NCBI GenBank assembly: GCA_030532905.1
Contig: JAUNKE010000001.1
Coordinates: forward strand, 8,601 to 72,600
DNA from: Peptostreptococcaceae bacterium
GTDB lineage: Bacteria > Bacillota > Clostridia > Peptostreptococcales > Filifactoraceae
Length of the DNA stretch: 64,000 nt
Direction of reading: 5' to 3'
Shown here: positions 60,579 to 64,000 of the stretch, one piece after another
Numbering within the stretch: position 1 is the stretch's first letter
Layout: every line of letters begins with the position of its first letter
Translations under genes and position numbers: made by a program
The notes under the pieces: generated by a model
Told to the model about the DNA's origin: nothing
The model's database searches: none
Seen by the model: only the letters and a program-made list of their open reading frames with translations

Positions 60579-61259
60579 ATGAATATTTTACGAACGGAAA
60601 ATTTAACAAAAATCTACGGAACGGGAGATAAGCGCGTTGTAGCACTGGACAAGGTCAATCTGTCCGTGAATCGCGGCGATTTTTTATCGATTGTCGGAAC
60701 GAGCGGAAGCGGAAAATCCACTCTGCTTCATTTAATCGGCGGCGTGGATCGTCCGACGGACGGCAAAATTTTTTTGGAAGAAACGGATATCTCCACTTAC
60801 ACCGAAAAAGAATTGGCGCTTTTTCGACGCCGAAAAGTCGGTTTGATTTATCAGTTTTACAATCTTATCCCCAGCTTGAGCGTCAAACATAATATTTTAT
60901 TACCATTAACATTGGATCATCGGAAGGTGGAAAAAGATTATTTTGAAGAGATTGTCGAAAAACTTTCTCTCAAGGAGAAACTAAACTCTTTTCCAAGCGA
61001 GCTTTCGGGCGGTCAACAACAACGCGTAGCCATTGCACGCAGCCTGATTTATCGACCGGCAATTATATTAGCCGATGAACCGACCGGCAACTTGGATCGA
61101 AAAAATTCATGCGAAATCATGGATTTGCTCAGATTCTCCAATAAAAATTACAAGCAAACCATCTTACTGATTACACATGACGAGTCGCTTGCACTCGAAT
61201 CCGACCGTGTTATCACATTGGAAGACGGTCAAATTATAGGAGATGAGTATTATGAATAA
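60579..61259 (+). CDS. ABC transporter ATP-binding protein (BceA/MacB-type)
   Basis: Walker A (GTSGSGKST), the signature LSGGQQQR, and Walker B (ILADEP) are present. An RBS (GGAGGTG) precedes the start. Confidence 0.8.
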   Translation: MNILRTENLTKIYGTGDKRVVALDKVNLSVNRGDFLSIVGTSGSGKSTLLHLIGGVDRPTDGKIFLEETDISTYTEKELALFRRRKVGLIYQFYNLIPSLSVKHNILLPLTLDHRKVEKDYFEEIVEKLSLKEKLNSFPSELSGGQQQRVAIARSLIYRPAIILADEPTGNLDRKNSCEIMDLLRFSNKNYKQTILLITHDESLALESDRVITLEDGQIIGDEYYE

Positions 61260-63759
61260 AAAAAATTTCTCGATTCTCCTATCCGTTTTTATATGCTCCC
61301 TGATTTTTACAATCCTCGGTTATACGGAATATACGCAAACCATCGGAGCATACTTTGAAAACAAACGAACTCATCCCGAGGATATTCGTATCGAAAATGC
61401 TTTAGATGAAAAACAAATCGAAGAGCTACAACAGATAGCAAATATTCAATCGATCGGCTTGCAGCAAGAACCTTTCTCCGCAAAAATCGGCGATCACCTG
61501 CTGGAGATTACCAATTTCAATCCCGACTACTATCAAATGGTCGAAAAAATGGTCGTTGAAGGCAAGGAGCCGAAGAATTCTCACGAAATACTTATCGGAA
61601 AAGATTTGAAAGAAAAACTTCGATTAAATCTCGGCGATACGGTAACCGTCAACTTCGGAAAAAGGATTCAAAACAATAAAGTGATTTTGCCCGGATCGAT
61701 TCGCATTCAGAAAGAGGACTTTGAAATAACAAATTCACATCAATTCACTATCGTCGGCTTTACACAACAAAAATATCATCCGAATATGCAACTGTTTTCT
61801 GCAAACGGATTGATTCATAAGGACGGAAAATACTATCCACTTATCAAAGTGAAAAATATTTTCAAAATTTTTGAGACCAAAAAACAACTGGATGAACTTA
61901 TCAGCCGAAGTTATCATCTGACGCCGAATTTAACAATCGATCGCAGCACCTTGGAATTCTTCGGCATTTCGGAAGAGCGATTTATGCCCTCAATATTTGT
62001 GTCTCGTATCGCTCCTTTGCTCATCATCGCCGTCATTTTGGTTTTTATGGTAAGCAATGTTTTCAACATCTGGGCGATTTATAAAATCAAAGAATTCTCG
62101 ATGTATAAATCCATCGGTGCAAGCAAGATGCAAATATATCTTCTTTTGCTCAAACAATCGATTACGATATCCATTCTGCCGATGATTCTCGGTCATTTGT
62201 CAGGCATAGGAATCGTCTATTTGATTTACCAATCGATGTTGCGAAAAATCAGTATGATTTTTCAGATAACGCAAGAGAGTTTCCAACTGAATTTTGCAGT
62301 GAGCTTTGCTATATTGGCAATTATCGTCCTCATTGTCATGACGGCAAGTATATTCCCGGCACGAAAAGTCTCGAAAATTGATATTATCGATGGTCTAAAA
62401 GGAAATTTGCATTTCAAAAATTATAAAAAACGACAACGAAAGAATTTATTTTCCGAGCTGAAAGTCAACAATCGAAAAATTTTCAGAGCACAAATTCTCG
62501 TTTCCATCGCGGGACTCGTTCTTGTTCTTCTGCTGATATCATCTACCGCAATAGACAATATCAACTCTTATCTGTTCCACAAGAACGACTCCGACTTCAA
62601 TCTGCTTTTGCGTTACAGCTCGGCAAATAATCACTACCCTGCGATCTTTGACGAGTTGGTGGAAAATATCCTTCCCGAAAAACATTTTGTATCCATTTCC
62701 AAATATATGCTCATCGATCGTGAAAGATTAAACTATTCGGATGCCTTTCAACAGATCGGTTTTGACAAAAAGTATGAGCGAACCGATTCGATGTTTTCGC
62801 TCGGTTATTTGGAAGGTTCCCTCTACGGATTGGATAAAGAAACTTTTGAAAAAATCGGCGGCAAAGGAGACGAAATCTTATTATACAATCAAGTACATGC
62901 AAGGCTCGATCAACCCGTCTCCAACGAGCAGCTCGTTCCTTATTTGGATAATGTGGACAAGCTTTGGATAAAATATGATTTGGATAATGAAAAGTATTAT
63001 CCGATAACAATCGACCGTGAAATTTCCTCATTCGGTCAAGCGGATAAGGCGAAACTGCCTTTCAAAATCTATCCTGTTGAGGATTTGGGATTCTATCATT
63101 TACCTTATCAAGTGATTTTGATAACCTCCATCGATGGCTTCAATCGTATCATTGAGGACGCAAGTCGAGACTACGCCGCATCCAATCAGGAATTCCCTCG
63201 ATTGTATTACAACCTGAATCTCCAAGTGGATGCTCCCGCCATCAAGGATTTGAGTCTGTATATGGATAGCAGAATGCACGAAACGGTTACGCAGAACGAA
63301 AAGTATCAAATACGAAACAGCATCGTCGAAAAAGAATTCGTACAGTCCCAAAAAAATTTCATAAAATTTCTAAACCTGTTTACACTGGTCGGCACGCTTT
63401 GTCTCAATATCGCAAACTGTTACTCCACCGCCAATCTCAGTTTTTTCAACCGAAAAAATGAAATCGGAACTTTGCTCAGCTGCGGTATGGACAGACGGGA
63501 GCTCAAGAAGATCTTATACGATGAGGTAAAAAGGCAAATTGCAATCTCTCTGATTATCTCGTTTTCTATAACCTTGCTCTTTATTGGGTATGTAGTTTTG
63601 ACAGTTCCGGGTATCGAGTGGCATTTGATCGTGCGATTTATTTCATATCCTTTTCTTCTTTTCGCGGTCGGATGTATTGCTTTCTTCAACTTTTTGATTT
63701 ACACTTGTGCGATGAATTCCATTTTGAAAAAGGATATTCTCTCATTGATTCGAGAGTGA
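61252..63759 (+). CDS. FtsX-family ABC permease with a large extracellular domain (BceB-like)
   Basis: The ~835-aa protein has two FtsX modules (TM clusters at about 250-400 and 700-835) flanking a large soluble region. Confidence 0.75.
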   Translation: MNKKNFSILLSVFICSLIFTILGYTEYTQTIGAYFENKRTHPEDIRIENALDEKQIEELQQIANIQSIGLQQEPFSAKIGDHLLEITNFNPDYYQMVEKMVVEGKEPKNSHEILIGKDLKEKLRLNLGDTVTVNFGKRIQNNKVILPGSIRIQKEDFEITNSHQFTIVGFTQQKYHPNMQLFSANGLIHKDGKYYPLIKVKNIFKIFETKKQLDELISRSYHLTPNLTIDRSTLEFFGISEERFMPSIFVSRIAPLLIIAVILVFMVSNVFNIWAIYKIKEFSMYKSIGASKMQIYLLLLKQSITISILPMILGHLSGIGIVYLIYQSMLRKISMIFQITQESFQLNFAVSFAILAIIVLIVMTASIFPARKVSKIDIIDGLKGNLHFKNYKKRQRKNLFSELKVNNRKIFRAQILVSIAGLVLVLLLISSTAIDNINSYLFHKNDSDFNLLLRYSSANNHYPAIFDELVENILPEKHFVSISKYMLIDRERLNYSDAFQQIGFDKKYERTDSMFSLGYLEGSLYGLDKETFEKIGGKGDEILLYNQVHARLDQPVSNEQLVPYLDNVDKLWIKYDLDNEKYYPITIDREISSFGQADKAKLPFKIYPVEDLGFYHLPYQVILITSIDGFNRIIEDASRDYAASNQEFPRLYYNLNLQVDAPAIKDLSLYMDSRMHETVTQNEKYQIRNSIVEKEFVQSQKNFIKFLNLFTLVGTLCLNIANCYSTANLSFFNRKNEIGTLLSCGMDRRELKKILYDEVKRQIAISLIISFSITLLFIGYVVLTVPGIEWHLIVRFISYPFLLFAVGCIAFFNFLIYTCAMNSILKKDILSLIRE

Positions 63760-63776
63760 CACCGAAAACCACAAAA

Positions 63777-63815
63777 CCTCCTAAGCGTTGTTTGCCTTAG
63801 GAGGTTTCTCATGGT
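63777..63815 (+). terminator. Rho-independent terminator after the permease gene
   Basis: An acctcctaag...cttaggaggt stem is followed by a T-rich tract. Confidence 0.65.
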
Positions 63816-64000
63816 TTTGAAAGTAGTTGTTGTTCGTTTTCTATCCGGTTTTATCTTTTAGAACTTTCGTATTCTCGTTGTTTACATTTATGAAGAAAGT
63901 TTTTCTTACTCTTTCATTTTTGAGTTGATCTTGTTTTTCAGGAAATAAAATACATAGCCGAACAGCAGATAGCCTACCAAAATTCCCGCCGAATATTTCA

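Noticed and set aside
63834-64000. A possible minus-strand ORF fragment running into the window end
   Set aside because: It is only about 55 codons within the window, has no recognisable motif, and its frame is uncertain, so it was not annotated.
1-64000. CRISPR arrays, rRNA/tRNA genes, integrases and transposases
   Set aside because: None were seen. There are no regularly spaced short direct repeats, no tRNA-like cloverleaf candidates, and no recombinase-like ORFs.

Overview
This window is a low-GC Firmicutes chromosomal segment, probably from an amino-acid-fermenting Clostridia or Tissierellia-like anaerobe. Almost all of it is coding, mostly on the minus strand. The core is a complete D-proline reductase (Stickland) locus, prdR-prdC-prdA-small ORF-prdB-prdD-prdE-prdF. 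PrdB has an in-frame UGA (selenocysteine) codon with a SECIS-like hairpin. PrdC ends at a UGA with a strong SECIS-like hairpin and continues in frame for 35 more codons. A third selenoprotein candidate is a glutathione peroxidase with UGA at the catalytic position. Housekeeping and metabolic genes include the recR 5' end, ybaB, a flotillin, a 5'-nucleotidase, buk, aminotransferases, a znuCB-like ABC pair, nhaC, proS with a T-box leader, and a SelO/YdiU homolog. Accessory features are a Fic protein flanked by near-identical palindromic hairpins, two separate antimicrobial-peptide sensing/resistance modules (LanFEG-like ABC plus a two-component system (TCS), and a BceRS/AB-like module), an apparent lipoprotein serpin, and a secreted MucBP-transglutaminase. 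A 1629-aa SF1 helicase has a Vsr/DUF559-like nuclease and DUF3320 (Hhe-like single-gene defence architecture). Its long 5' region carries triple direct repeats and a ~160-nt structured-RNA-like element. That element has a second copy 6 kb upstream in the serpin 3' UTR, and the two copies show compensatory changes in the closing stem. A promoter-equipped cobalamin riboswitch has no downstream gene (only a 27-codon ORF and hairpins). A PHP histidinol-phosphatase is interrupted by an in-frame TAG.
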